Below are positions 8,147 to 16,157 of a stretch of DNA of 16,589 nucleotides, piece by piece. Both the position numbers and the translations under genes were made by a program. The notes under the pieces are model-generated. The model was not told the origin of the DNA, searched no databases, and was given only the letters and a program-made list of their open reading frames with translations. The stretch's first letter is position 1; every line of letters begins with the position of its first letter. This DNA comes from an uncultured Aquificales bacterium (GTDB lineage Bacteria; Thermosulfidibacterota; Thermosulfidibacteria; Thermosulfidibacterales; Thermosulfidibacteraceae): positions 1-16,589 of the forward strand of contig CAYVOC010000030.1 of NCBI GenBank assembly GCA_964453345.1. Reading direction: 5' to 3'.

Positions 8147-9424
8147 TCAGAGTCTGAGTTTCTCCTTTATGGCCGCTTCAAGGGCCTCGTTCCTTCTTTT
8201 AAGGTAGGATAAATGGGCCTTTCTTGAGTGCAGCACCTGAAGGTAGTGTAAAAGGGCTATGAGGATCATCCCTCCCAGGGTGTTTCCCAAGGTTGCGGGT
8301 ATGAAGAGTCCTGTGAACCATCGGGACAGACTCACGCCCGCTCCGTAAACCCTGCCCAGAAGGATCTCGCTTGTGGAGACCACCACATGGGTGAAGTGCC
8401 CGATGGCCATTACGAATATGCACGCCCATACGGCTATCAGCTTTGCCACATCGCTTTTCGTTGCCAGCACAAGCCAGGTCATGGTGGTTATGATGGCACC
8501 GGCGAACACGGCGCTCACAAGGGTTTCCGCAAAGGGCCGGGACAGCTTGTAGAGGGCGAGGGCCTGAAGGTGTTCAACGGGTAGGTGTCCGAGGGATCCC
8601 TTGCCCCCTGCCAGAACAAGCAGGGAGAAGACAAATGCCCCTATAAGGTTTCCGGTCAGGGTTAGTCCCCATAGCTTGATAAGCTTTCCCATTTTCTCTT
8701 CCCCTTCAAGGACGGGGATTACGGGAACGAGGAAGTTTTCGGTGAATAGCTCGCTGTGGGAAAGCTTCAACAGTATGAATCCTATGGGAAAGAAGAGGGC
8801 TCCTATTAAGGTGGATAGTTTGGAGTTTGCCGTGGCTCCAGCGGCGGCCGCCATGGCCACGGCGCCGAAGGTTACATGTATGGCTCCTATGATGCCTGAC
8901 ATGAGCATCTCAAGCCAGGGCCTTGAGAGCCTTTTGATTCCGGTTTCAATGGCCCTTTGAAAGACCAGAAAGGGGCTTTCTTCCTCTTTACCTTCCTCTT
9001 TGAGCATCATCAGCGCCTGGATGAAGCGTTCAATGTGGTTCGCTTCGTCCTTCATTATGCTCTCAAGCACTTCGGATACCTGGGGGTCCTCGGAGAACAG
9101 GGAGTCTTCCTTGTAGCTGTTGAAGGCCTTTTCTTCCAGAATGATATTTAGCCTCAAAATATCTGCATCGGTGTGCATGCTATCCACAAGCTCTATGATG
9201 CGTTCCTCTTCGTAGGGGATACCGGGCTTCACCTCGCCGCCGAGCCTTTTTATGAGCTGGGCGAGTATGGAGGCGTGGTAGGCTTCGGTGTTTGCGATGC
9301 TTCTTAAAAGCAGGGCTATGTCCGTGTCCTTCACCCTCTGGGCCTGGTAGTGGTATATCTTTACGGCGATTCTCTCGGCGTATAGGTTTTTCTCGAGCTT
9401 TTCTATGATTTTATCTGAGGACAT
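8147..9424 (-). CDS. Fusion: N-terminal ferritin-like diiron four-helix bundle plus C-terminal formate/nitrite transporter (FNT, YfdC-like) channel
   Basis: aa 1-141 contain E17, E47xxH50, E97 and E127xxH130 with the RLGG turn. aa ~150-396 contain FPIGF, ELFTEN, GNLIGA, FTHVVVS and TLGNTLGG with six TM helices. It is one uninterrupted ORF. Confidence 0.88.
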   Translation of the reverse strand: MSSDKIIEKLEKNLYAERIAVKIYHYQAQRVKDTDIALLLRSIANTEAYHASILAQLIKRLGGEVKPGIPYEEERIIELVDSMHTDADILRLNIILEEKAFNSYKEDSLFSEDPQVSEVLESIMKDEANHIERFIQALMMLKEEGKEEESPFLVFQRAIETGIKRLSRPWLEMLMSGIIGAIHVTFGAVAMAAAAGATANSKLSTLIGALFFPIGFILLKLSHSELFTENFLVPVIPVLEGEEKMGKLIKLWGLTLTGNLIGAFVFSLLVLAGGKGSLGHLPVEHLQALALYKLSRPFAETLVSAVFAGAIITTMTWLVLATKSDVAKLIAVWACIFVMAIGHFTHVVVSTSEILLGRVYGAGVSLSRWFTGLFIPATLGNTLGGMILIALLHYLQVLHSRKAHLSYLKRRNEALEAAIKEKLRL

Positions 9425-9430
9425 TGCCCG

Positions 9431-10276
9431 TCAGGCACCCCATTTGAGCTTGGTTCTCAGCACTTCAAAGAAGTCCCTGTTGGGGTTCTTTATGATCTTT
9501 ATTGTTTTTGGCGCCTTTCTCACCTTGACGAGGTCCTTGACTTTAAGGGCAAAGCCCACCTGTCCGTCAAGGGTGACAAAGACATCCTCGTTTTCCGTGT
9601 TGAGAACAACTTCAATTTCGCTTGTGTCCGGTATGACTATGGGGCGCTGGCTCAGGGTGAAGGGGCATATGGGATTGAGGATGAAGGCTGGTATGGTTGG
9701 ATACATTATGGGGCCTCCCGCAGCCAATGAGTAGGCGGTTGAGCCGGTGGGGGTGGATATGATCAGTCCGTCGGCCCTGTAGGTGGTTAAAAACCTTCCG
9801 TCCACCCTGGTTTCAAGCTCTATTATCCTTGCGAGGGTTCCCTTGTTTATCACCACATCGTTGAGCACACGGTATTTGGCCATCATCTCTCCATGGCGGT
9901 AGATGATGGCTTCAAGCATGAAGCGTTCATCCACTGCGTAATCACCTGAGAGCACCTTTTCCATCATCTCGTGCATCTCATCTAAGGTGACTTCCGTTAA
10001 GAAGCCGAGTCTTCCGAGATTTACACCCAAGATGGGAACATCATTCCCGTAAACGAGCCTTGCAACGGAGAGGAAGGTCCCGTCTCCTCCTATAACAACG
10101 ATCACATCGGAAACGTAGGGGATTTCCGATTTTTTGTAAGAGGATTCCGTGCCCGCTATCACCGCCGTCTCTTCATCCATGAAAACTTCCGCACCCTTGC
10201 TCTTCAACCACTCGGCCAGTTTGGAAACCACTTCATCTGCGGGCTTTTTGGGCTTGGCGATTATGCCTATCCTCAT
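9431..10276 (-). CDS. nadK: NAD(+) kinase
   Basis: GGDGTFL, GVNLGRLGFL, LNDVV, ADGLIISTPTGSTAYSLAAGGP and KLKWG. GGAGG 6 nt upstream of ATG 10276. Confidence 0.97.
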   Translation of the reverse strand: MRIGIIAKPKKPADEVVSKLAEWLKSKGAEVFMDEETAVIAGTESSYKKSEIPYVSDVIVVIGGDGTFLSVARLVYGNDVPILGVNLGRLGFLTEVTLDEMHEMMEKVLSGDYAVDERFMLEAIIYRHGEMMAKYRVLNDVVINKGTLARIIELETRVDGRFLTTYRADGLIISTPTGSTAYSLAAGGPIMYPTIPAFILNPICPFTLSQRPIVIPDTSEIEVVLNTENEDVFVTLDGQVGFALKVKDLVKVRKAPKTIKIIKNPNRDFFEVLRTKLKWGA

Positions 10277-10304
10277 CGTCACCTCCCTGCGCCCTGCATG
10301 TTAA

Positions 10305-10333
10305 AGTTTAGCAGGGGATGCTACTCAACACAA
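10305..10333 (-). promoter_or_regulatory. Putative sigma70 promoter of the nadK-led operon
   Basis: TTGTGT (10333-10328), 17 nt, then TAAACT (10310-10305) with an extended TGn motif. Confidence 0.5.
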
Positions 10334-10425
10334 GGTTGCTGGGATCGGTGGGATGTGGTCGCTTTGTTGATTTTTCCGGTTCTCTGTGGGAGAGTGCTGA
10401 GGCATATCTACAGGGAGGTGCGGTT

Positions 10426-10728
10426 TTGAGAAGGATTGTGATGATCGGTTTGGGGCTGCTTATGTGCGGGCTCGTGTATGCGTATCAGCCCGACTATCGC
10501 ATGACCCCTGGGGGAAGAAGCGGTGGTATGTCCGATAGGGAGGTGGAGGAGTCGTTCAAGCGGTGTCTTGATTCCTGCAACGAGCATAGTAACAGGCGGG
10601 ATTTCCTCAAGTGTTACGAGGAGTGTGAGAGAATCTTTAAGAGGGGCAAAAGGCAGTATTTGAGACATCGCAGGGGCAATGGGCACAGGAACGGAGGACC
10701 CAGCGGATACACCGGAGTTAAGGGTTAG
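10426..10728 (+). CDS. Small secreted protein with twin CX3C motif (100 aa)
   Basis: SD GGGAGGTG then TTG 10426. Signal peptide RRIVMIGLGLLMCGLVYA, then CLDSC...CYEEC and a basic Gly-rich tail. Confidence 0.65.
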   Translation: MRRIVMIGLGLLMCGLVYAYQPDYRMTPGGRSGGMSDREVEESFKRCLDSCNEHSNRRDFLKCYEECERIFKRGKRQYLRHRRGNGHRNGGPSGYTGVKG

Positions 10729-11581
10729 TGGGGCTGCTTTTTGCGCTTTTTCCGCTGAAGGCGAGTTTCCCCTTCTCCGAGCCGTATAGCAGATCCATCA
10801 GGGCCTCGCGGAGGGTATCCTTGTCGAATTCCCTTTTTATCCTGCCCTCAACCGCCAGGGATATTATGCCCGTTTCCTCTGACACCACAACCACCACCGC
10901 GTCCGTCTCCTCTGTGAGGCCTATGGCGGCCCTGTGGCGGGTGCCGAGGGCCTTGCTTATCATGGGATCTGAGGAGAGGGGCAAAAGGCATGCGGCCGCC
11001 GCGATCCTGTCCCCCCTGATGATAACAGCCCCGTCGTGCAGGGGGGAGTAGGGGAGGAAGATGGATGTGAGCAGTTCCTCGCTCACGATGGCGTCGAGCA
11101 TTATTCCGGAATCCACGTAGTTTTTAAGCCCCATGTTCCGTTCAAAGACGATGAGGGCCCCTATTCTCTTTCTCGAGAAGTATGCGCAGGCGTCAACCAC
11201 GGCGTTTACCACCATGGTCTCCTTGAGGGTTGGACCGAGGGGATAGATGGTTCCCACATCCGCAAGGCCCCTTCTCAGTTCCGGCTGGAAGAGAATAACT
11301 ATTATGAGCACTCCCACCTGCCAGAAGTTCTGAAACAGCCACATTAGGGTCCTTAGCTCGAACCAGCGGGCTATAAAGGAAAGAAGGACAAGTATCAGAA
11401 GGCCCAGAAGCATCCTCAGGGCCTTTGTGCCCCTTACAATTTTTATCACCTGATAGACCATAAAGGAGACTAAGAGAATGTCCAGAACATCCTTTATGGT
11501 CATGGAGTGGAGGCGGCCGGTGAAGGAGTAGAAGGCTATTGTCAGCTGCTGTTTAAACTTTAGCAGTTCCTGTTTCCACAT
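10718..11581 (-). CDS. cdaA: Diadenylate cyclase CdaA (DacA)
   Basis: Three N-terminal TM helices (DVLDILLV..., ILFQPELRRGL), then GALIVFER, PLHDGAV (DGA), LGTRHRAAIG (RHR) and VVSEETG. The start could alternatively be ATG 11503. Confidence 0.96.
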   Translation of the reverse strand: MWKQELLKFKQQLTIAFYSFTGRLHSMTIKDVLDILLVSFMVYQVIKIVRGTKALRMLLGLLILVLLSFIARWFELRTLMWLFQNFWQVGVLIIVILFQPELRRGLADVGTIYPLGPTLKETMVVNAVVDACAYFSRKRIGALIVFERNMGLKNYVDSGIMLDAIVSEELLTSIFLPYSPLHDGAVIIRGDRIAAAACLLPLSSDPMISKALGTRHRAAIGLTEETDAVVVVVSEETGIISLAVEGRIKREFDKDTLREALMDLLYGSEKGKLAFSGKSAKSSPTNP

Positions 11582-12413
11582 GGGCTATTTCCCAGGCTAC
11601 CGTGGCGGCTCTCTTTGCCTCTCTTACATCATGGACCCTGATGATCCTCGCCCCTTTGAAGACACCTATTGCCACAGCTGCGAGGGTTCCCTCAAGCCTC
11701 TCCTCAGGGGGCAGATTGAGGATGGCTCCTATAAAGGACTTGCGGGAGGGACCGAGCAGCACAGGAGCTATCTTCGAAAATTCGTCCAGATGCTTTATTA
11801 ACAACAGATTGTCCTGAAGCCTTTTGCCGAAGCCTATGCCGGGATCGATTATTACAAGCTCTTCCGGCAGACCGCATTCGTTGATGACGAAGTTTTTTCT
11901 CTCTTCCAAGAAAGCCTTTATCTCTGCCACGGGATCCTCGTAGAAGGGGTTCTGTTGCATATCCTTCGGGGTTCCCTTCATGTGCATGAGGACGACCATG
12001 GGTGTGTATCTTTTTATCACCTCGGGCATCCCGGGATCGAACCTCAATGCGCTTATGTCGTTTACGATCTCCGCCCCTGACGCAAGGGCCTCTTCTGCAA
12101 CCCTTGCCTTGTATGTGTCAACGGATACGGGAAGATCGGGGAATCTTGCCTTTATGGCTTCAACCACAGGAATTACCCTTTTGAGTTCCTCCTCCAGGGG
12201 AACGGGATCGGAGCCCGGACGGGTGGATTCCCCTCCCACATCCACAATGTCCACCCCCTCCTTCAGCATCTCCTCAACCCTCTTCAGGGCCCGATCCACT
12301 CCGGCGTATCTGCCCCCGTCGTAGAAGGAGTCAGGCGTGACGTTGAGTATGCCCATTATCAGGGGAGGGCTTTCGGGGTCCTGTATCCGGGAGGCGAGGG
12401 CTTCAGGCCGCAT
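11553..12413 (-). CDS. folP: Dihydropteroate synthase
   Basis: [43 protein letters not shown] and RVHDV. The ATG at 12413 has GGAGGAG upstream. Confidence 0.97.
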   Translation of the reverse strand: MRPEALASRIQDPESPPLIMGILNVTPDSFYDGGRYAGVDRALKRVEEMLKEGVDIVDVGGESTRPGSDPVPLEEELKRVIPVVEAIKARFPDLPVSVDTYKARVAEEALASGAEIVNDISALRFDPGMPEVIKRYTPMVVLMHMKGTPKDMQQNPFYEDPVAEIKAFLEERKNFVINECGLPEELVIIDPGIGFGKRLQDNLLLIKHLDEFSKIAPVLLGPSRKSFIGAILNLPPEERLEGTLAAVAIGVFKGARIIRVHDVREAKRAATVAWEIAHVETGTAKV

Positions 12414-14340
12414 CCTTCTCCTCCGCAAAGAGCCTGCTTCTCTTCAGCTCGAATTGAGAAAGGATATTGTCAAGCTCTTCTCCGGAGATCACCTCCTTAT
12501 CGAGCAGTGCTTTGACGATGGCGTCAAGGGCGCTTCTGTTCTCCTTGAGAAGCCACTTGGCTTCATCGTAGCACATATCGACTATGCGTCTTACCTCTGC
12601 GTCTATCTCCTGGGCCGTCTTTTCGCTGTAGTCCTTGCTGAGGGCAAGATCTCTGCCTAAGAAGACCAGTTCATCCTTTTTGCCGAAGGAGAGGGGACCG
12701 AGCTTCTCGCTCATGCCGTAGAAGCAGACCATCTTTCTGGCTATGTCCGTCGCCCTCTCAAGATCGTTGGCGGCGCCCGTTGTCTGCTGGTTGAAGACCA
12801 CTTCTTCGGCAGCCCTGCCGCCTAAGAGCACGGTTATGAGCTTTAGCAGGTAGTCCTTGGTGTGGATGTATCTGTCCTCTTCCGGCAGCTGCTGGGTTAC
12901 CCCCAAGGCCATTCCCCTGGGGATTATGGTTACCTTGTGAACGGGATCGGTTCCGGGTATGAGCTTTGCAACAAGGGCGTGCCCTGCCTCGTGATAGGCT
13001 ATGAGGCGCTTTTCGTTTTCGTTTATCACCATGCTGCGTCTTTCCACGCCCATCAGGATCTTGTCCTTGGCCTCCTCGAAGTCTTCCATCTCTATTTTGT
13101 CCTTGCCCTTTCTTGCGGCTATCAATGCAGCCTCGTTCACCAGGTTTGCTATGTCGGCTCCCGAGAATCCGGGGGTTCCCTTGGCGATCACCTCAAGATC
13201 AACATCGTCGGCTAAGGGCTTCTCCTTGGTGTGGACCTTCAGGATTTCGAGTCTGCCCTTCACATCGGGTAAAGGAATGACGATTCTTCTGTCGAATCTT
13301 CCGGGCCTCAAAAGGGCGGGATCCAGCACATCCGGACGGTTGGTGGCGGCAAGAATGACGATGCCTTCCGATGTGTCGAAGCCGTCCATCTCCACGAGGA
13401 GCTGATTCAGGGTCTGCTCCCTTTCGTCGTGCCCGCCGCCGATCCCGGCTCCCCTCTGCCTTCCCACGGCGTCTATCTCGTCTATGAAGACTATGCAGGG
13501 GGCATGTTTCTTCGCCTGCTCAAACAGATCTCTGACTCTGGCTGCGCCCACTCCCACAAACATTTCCACAAATTCTGAACCGCTTATGCTCAAGAAAGGC
13601 ACCCCCGCTTCTCCTGCAATGGCCTTGGCAAGCAGGGTCTTTCCCGTTCCGGGGGGACCCACGAGGAGCACTCCCTTGGGCATCTTGCCGCCCAAGCGCT
13701 GAAATTTTTTGGGATCCTTGAGAAACTCTATTATCTCCTTGACTTCTTCCTTTGCCTCCTCTATGTCCGCCACGTCCTTGAAGGTTACCCTTTTGCCCTG
13801 ATCTATAACGAGCCTTGCCCTGCTTTTGCCGAAGGTGAAGGCCCTTCCGCTTCCCACCTGCATCTGGCGCATGAAGAAGATCCATATTCCAATGAGTATG
13901 ATCAGCGGCAGCCAGTTTGAGAGGAAGTTCATATACCAGGAGGGCTTCTCCGGAGGCTTAACGTATATCTGGATCTTTCGTTCTTTGAGGAGCTTTATCA
14001 GATCGGGGTCGTTGGGATAGACGGCCTTTATTCTGATAAGCTTTGGTGGACTTTTCTTCGCCAGGGGAACAATGGGCTTCACCTTCACTCCTATCAGCTC
14101 AAGCGCTGATGGTGGGACCTGGGTGTATATTGCCTGCTCCTTTATCAGAACGCTTTTGACGATTCCCCTTTCCACAAGCTCAAGAAACTGCGTGTAGTTT
14201 ACCTCCTGAACAGGTTCCGTGGGCATGTTGGAAAAGTTGAATATCAGAATCACTACGACCATTATTATGAGCCATATCATAAGCCCCCTTATAAAGCTGG
14301 GGCCCTGGGATCCGCCACCGGGTGGTTTCCTGTTTGGCAT
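12403..14340 (-). CDS. ftsH: ATP-dependent zinc metalloprotease FtsH
   Basis: Two TM helices, Walker A GPPGTGKT, Walker [30 protein letters not shown] and Zn-binding HEAGH. Confidence 0.98.
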   Translation of the reverse strand: MPNRKPPGGGSQGPSFIRGLMIWLIIMVVVILIFNFSNMPTEPVQEVNYTQFLELVERGIVKSVLIKEQAIYTQVPPSALELIGVKVKPIVPLAKKSPPKLIRIKAVYPNDPDLIKLLKERKIQIYVKPPEKPSWYMNFLSNWLPLIILIGIWIFFMRQMQVGSGRAFTFGKSRARLVIDQGKRVTFKDVADIEEAKEEVKEIIEFLKDPKKFQRLGGKMPKGVLLVGPPGTGKTLLAKAIAGEAGVPFLSISGSEFVEMFVGVGAARVRDLFEQAKKHAPCIVFIDEIDAVGRQRGAGIGGGHDEREQTLNQLLVEMDGFDTSEGIVILAATNRPDVLDPALLRPGRFDRRIVIPLPDVKGRLEILKVHTKEKPLADDVDLEVIAKGTPGFSGADIANLVNEAALIAARKGKDKIEMEDFEEAKDKILMGVERRSMVINENEKRLIAYHEAGHALVAKLIPGTDPVHKVTIIPRGMALGVTQQLPEEDRYIHTKDYLLKLITVLLGGRAAEEVVFNQQTTGAANDLERATDIARKMVCFYGMSEKLGPLSFGKKDELVFLGRDLALSKDYSEKTAQEIDAEVRRIVDMCYDEAKWLLKENRSALDAIVKALLDKEVISGEELDNILSQFELKRSRLFAEEKDAA

Positions 14341-14351
14341 GCAGTTTCCTC

Positions 14352-14819
14352 CTAATCCCTGGTTGTGGCCTTGATCCTTGCGGGCTTGAGGAGCAGCTCT
14401 ATTGCGTCCTCCGGATTTGTGACCACAATGTCCGCTGCTTCAAGGGCCGACAGGCAGGCTCCTTCCCTCCAGCACACGGCTATCCCCAGACGGGCTGCTG
14501 ACAGCATGAGGTGGTCGTTGTATCCGTTTCCCACCGCCACCGTCCTTTCGGGACCGAGTTTCTCTATCCACTCCCTCTTCTGTATGCTGGCGGACCTTTT
14601 GGGGTCCAGCACGATCACCTCTATCCCCTCTATTCCCAGATCCTTGGCCGTTCCAAAGGTGTCCGAGGTGAGGATAAAGACCTTGGCTTTGTTGGAGAGT
14701 TCCGACAGCAGCCCCTTGATGTTTTCGGGGATGCGCCCGTCAACCGCAAGGGTGCCGTTGAGGTCGAAGACCACGTTCTCCGCCTCTATCCTCTCTCCAA
14801 AGGCTTCAATCTCTATCAC
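14352..14819 (-). CDS. Capless HAD-family hydrolase (soluble P-type ATPase-like, COG4087)
   Basis: Motif I FDLNGTLA, motif II LTSDTFG, Lys in QKREW and motif IV VGNGYND. SD GGAGGGAG before GTG. Confidence 0.85.
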   Translation of the reverse strand: MIEIEAFGERIEAENVVFDLNGTLAVDGRIPENIKGLLSELSNKAKVFILTSDTFGTAKDLGIEGIEVIVLDPKRSASIQKREWIEKLGPERTVAVGNGYNDHLMLSAARLGIAVCWREGACLSALEAADIVVTNPEDAIELLLKPARIKATTRD

Positions 14820-16095
14820 ACACTCCCTCCAGAGCCTCTACAATCCTCTCAACTGCTCCAGCTGCCCTTGCGAAGGACTCCTTTAGCCTGTTGCTATCTA
14901 AAGCGTATTCGCCCTTTAACACTTTTCTTACGGCTTCGGCAAGCTGTTCGGAATCTTTCACAAATATGAGAAAATCCCTCATCTGCTCAACCACATCCCT
15001 GAAGTTGTGGTAATAGGGACCCATGATGGTGGGCTTTCCGAAGACCAAGGGTTCTAAGGGGCTGTGCCCTCCCACATTTACTAAGGTTCCTCCAACGAAG
15101 ACCGCATGGGCCACGCTGTATACACCGAACAGCTCCCCCATGGTGTCCAGAAGCAGGACGGGGTGGTCCTTCAGGGTTTCCTGCTTGCTTCTCCTCCCGA
15201 ATTGTAGGCCGGCTTCTTTGAGGAGGGAGGCCACCTCATTGAATCGCTCCGGGTGCCTGGGGGCTATTATCAGCTTGGGCTTTTCTTCGATTCTCCTGTA
15301 GGCTTCTATTATTATTTTTTCCTCTCCGGGATGGGTGGATCCGCACACCCAGACGGGTTCGCTGGATACGCCGAGGGCTTCCCTTATCCTTTCCGCATCA
15401 ATCTCCTTGGAGCGGGAATAGACCGAGAAGAACTTTATGTTCCCCAGAACCTCCACCTTATCCGATGGAACACCGAGGGCGATAAGCCTTGCGGCGTCCT
15501 CCCTGCTTCTTGCGAAAAACCTTTCGTATTTGGAGAGAACCCCTTTTATGAAGGGCCGCAGCTTCAAATAGCCTGAGAAGGAAGAGTCGGATATCCTGGC
15601 ATTTATGGAGATGAGGGGGATGCCCCTTTGGGCGCATAGATGGGCTAAGGAGGGCCATATCTCGGTCTCCACTATGCAGACTGCGCAGGGCCTCACCCTG
15701 CTGAGCACCTTTAGAACGATGGGGTAAAAGTCCAGCGGAAAGTAGAAGAAGCTGTCCACCACACCGCCAAGCCTCTTTTTCGCCACATCCATCCCCGTGT
15801 AGGTGGTGGTGGAAAAGTAGATGCCGAGCTCAGGGCGTCGGTTTTTGAGCCTCTCCACCACGGGTGCAACCGCCAAGGTCTCGCCCACGGAGACAGCATG
15901 AAACCAGATGCGTCTTTTGTGGGGGATCTCCTCGGGCAGCTCAAGCCCCAGCTTCTGGGACAGCCCCGCCCTGTATTTATACTGGCTCGCCAGCTTGTAG
16001 ATGATAAAGGGAGCCCCCAAGGTTCCCAGCAGGGGGTAAAGTGCGTTATATGTGAAGAAGGCAACGCCCTCCAGTTTATCAATCAATCCACCCAC
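14806..16095 (-). CDS. waaA: 3-deoxy-D-manno-octulosonic acid (Kdo) transferase
   Basis: IWFHAVSVGE, STTTYTG, FPLD, ETEIWP, NARIS, GNIKF, GSTHPGEE, APRHPERF, DTMGEL and GGHSPLEP. Confidence 0.96.
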   Translation of the reverse strand: MGGLIDKLEGVAFFTYNALYPLLGTLGAPFIIYKLASQYKYRAGLSQKLGLELPEEIPHKRRIWFHAVSVGETLAVAPVVERLKNRRPELGIYFSTTTYTGMDVAKKRLGGVVDSFFYFPLDFYPIVLKVLSRVRPCAVCIVETEIWPSLAHLCAQRGIPLISINARISDSSFSGYLKLRPFIKGVLSKYERFFARSREDAARLIALGVPSDKVEVLGNIKFFSVYSRSKEIDAERIREALGVSSEPVWVCGSTHPGEEKIIIEAYRRIEEKPKLIIAPRHPERFNEVASLLKEAGLQFGRRSKQETLKDHPVLLLDTMGELFGVYSVAHAVFVGGTLVNVGGHSPLEPLVFGKPTIMGPYYHNFRDVVEQMRDFLIFVKDSEQLAEAVRKVLKGEYALDSNRLKESFARAAGAVERIVEALEGVCDRD

Positions 16096-16101
16096 GGGGG
16101 C

Positions 16102-16131
16102 ATATTAACCCGATAATTTTCCTAAACTCAA
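16102..16131 (-). promoter_or_regulatory. Putative sigma70 promoter for the waaA-HAD-ftsH-folP-cdaA operon
   Basis: TTGAGT (16131-16126), 18 nt, then TAATAT (16107-16102). The waaA GTG lies 6 nt downstream. Confidence 0.5.
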
Positions 16132-16157
16132 GAAAGGGGAAATGCCTATCACAAGGA

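Noticed and set aside
9002-9424. Calling the N-domain a true bacterioferritin or rubrerythrin
   Set aside because: No heme-ligating Met, no rubredoxin CxxC domain, and fusion to a pentameric channel is incompatible with a 24-mer cage.
10285-10316. CCCTGC/GCAGGG inverted repeat as an SD-sequestering riboswitch for nadK
   Set aside because: Only 6 bp, and the distal arm lies upstream of the predicted -10, so it would not be transcribed.
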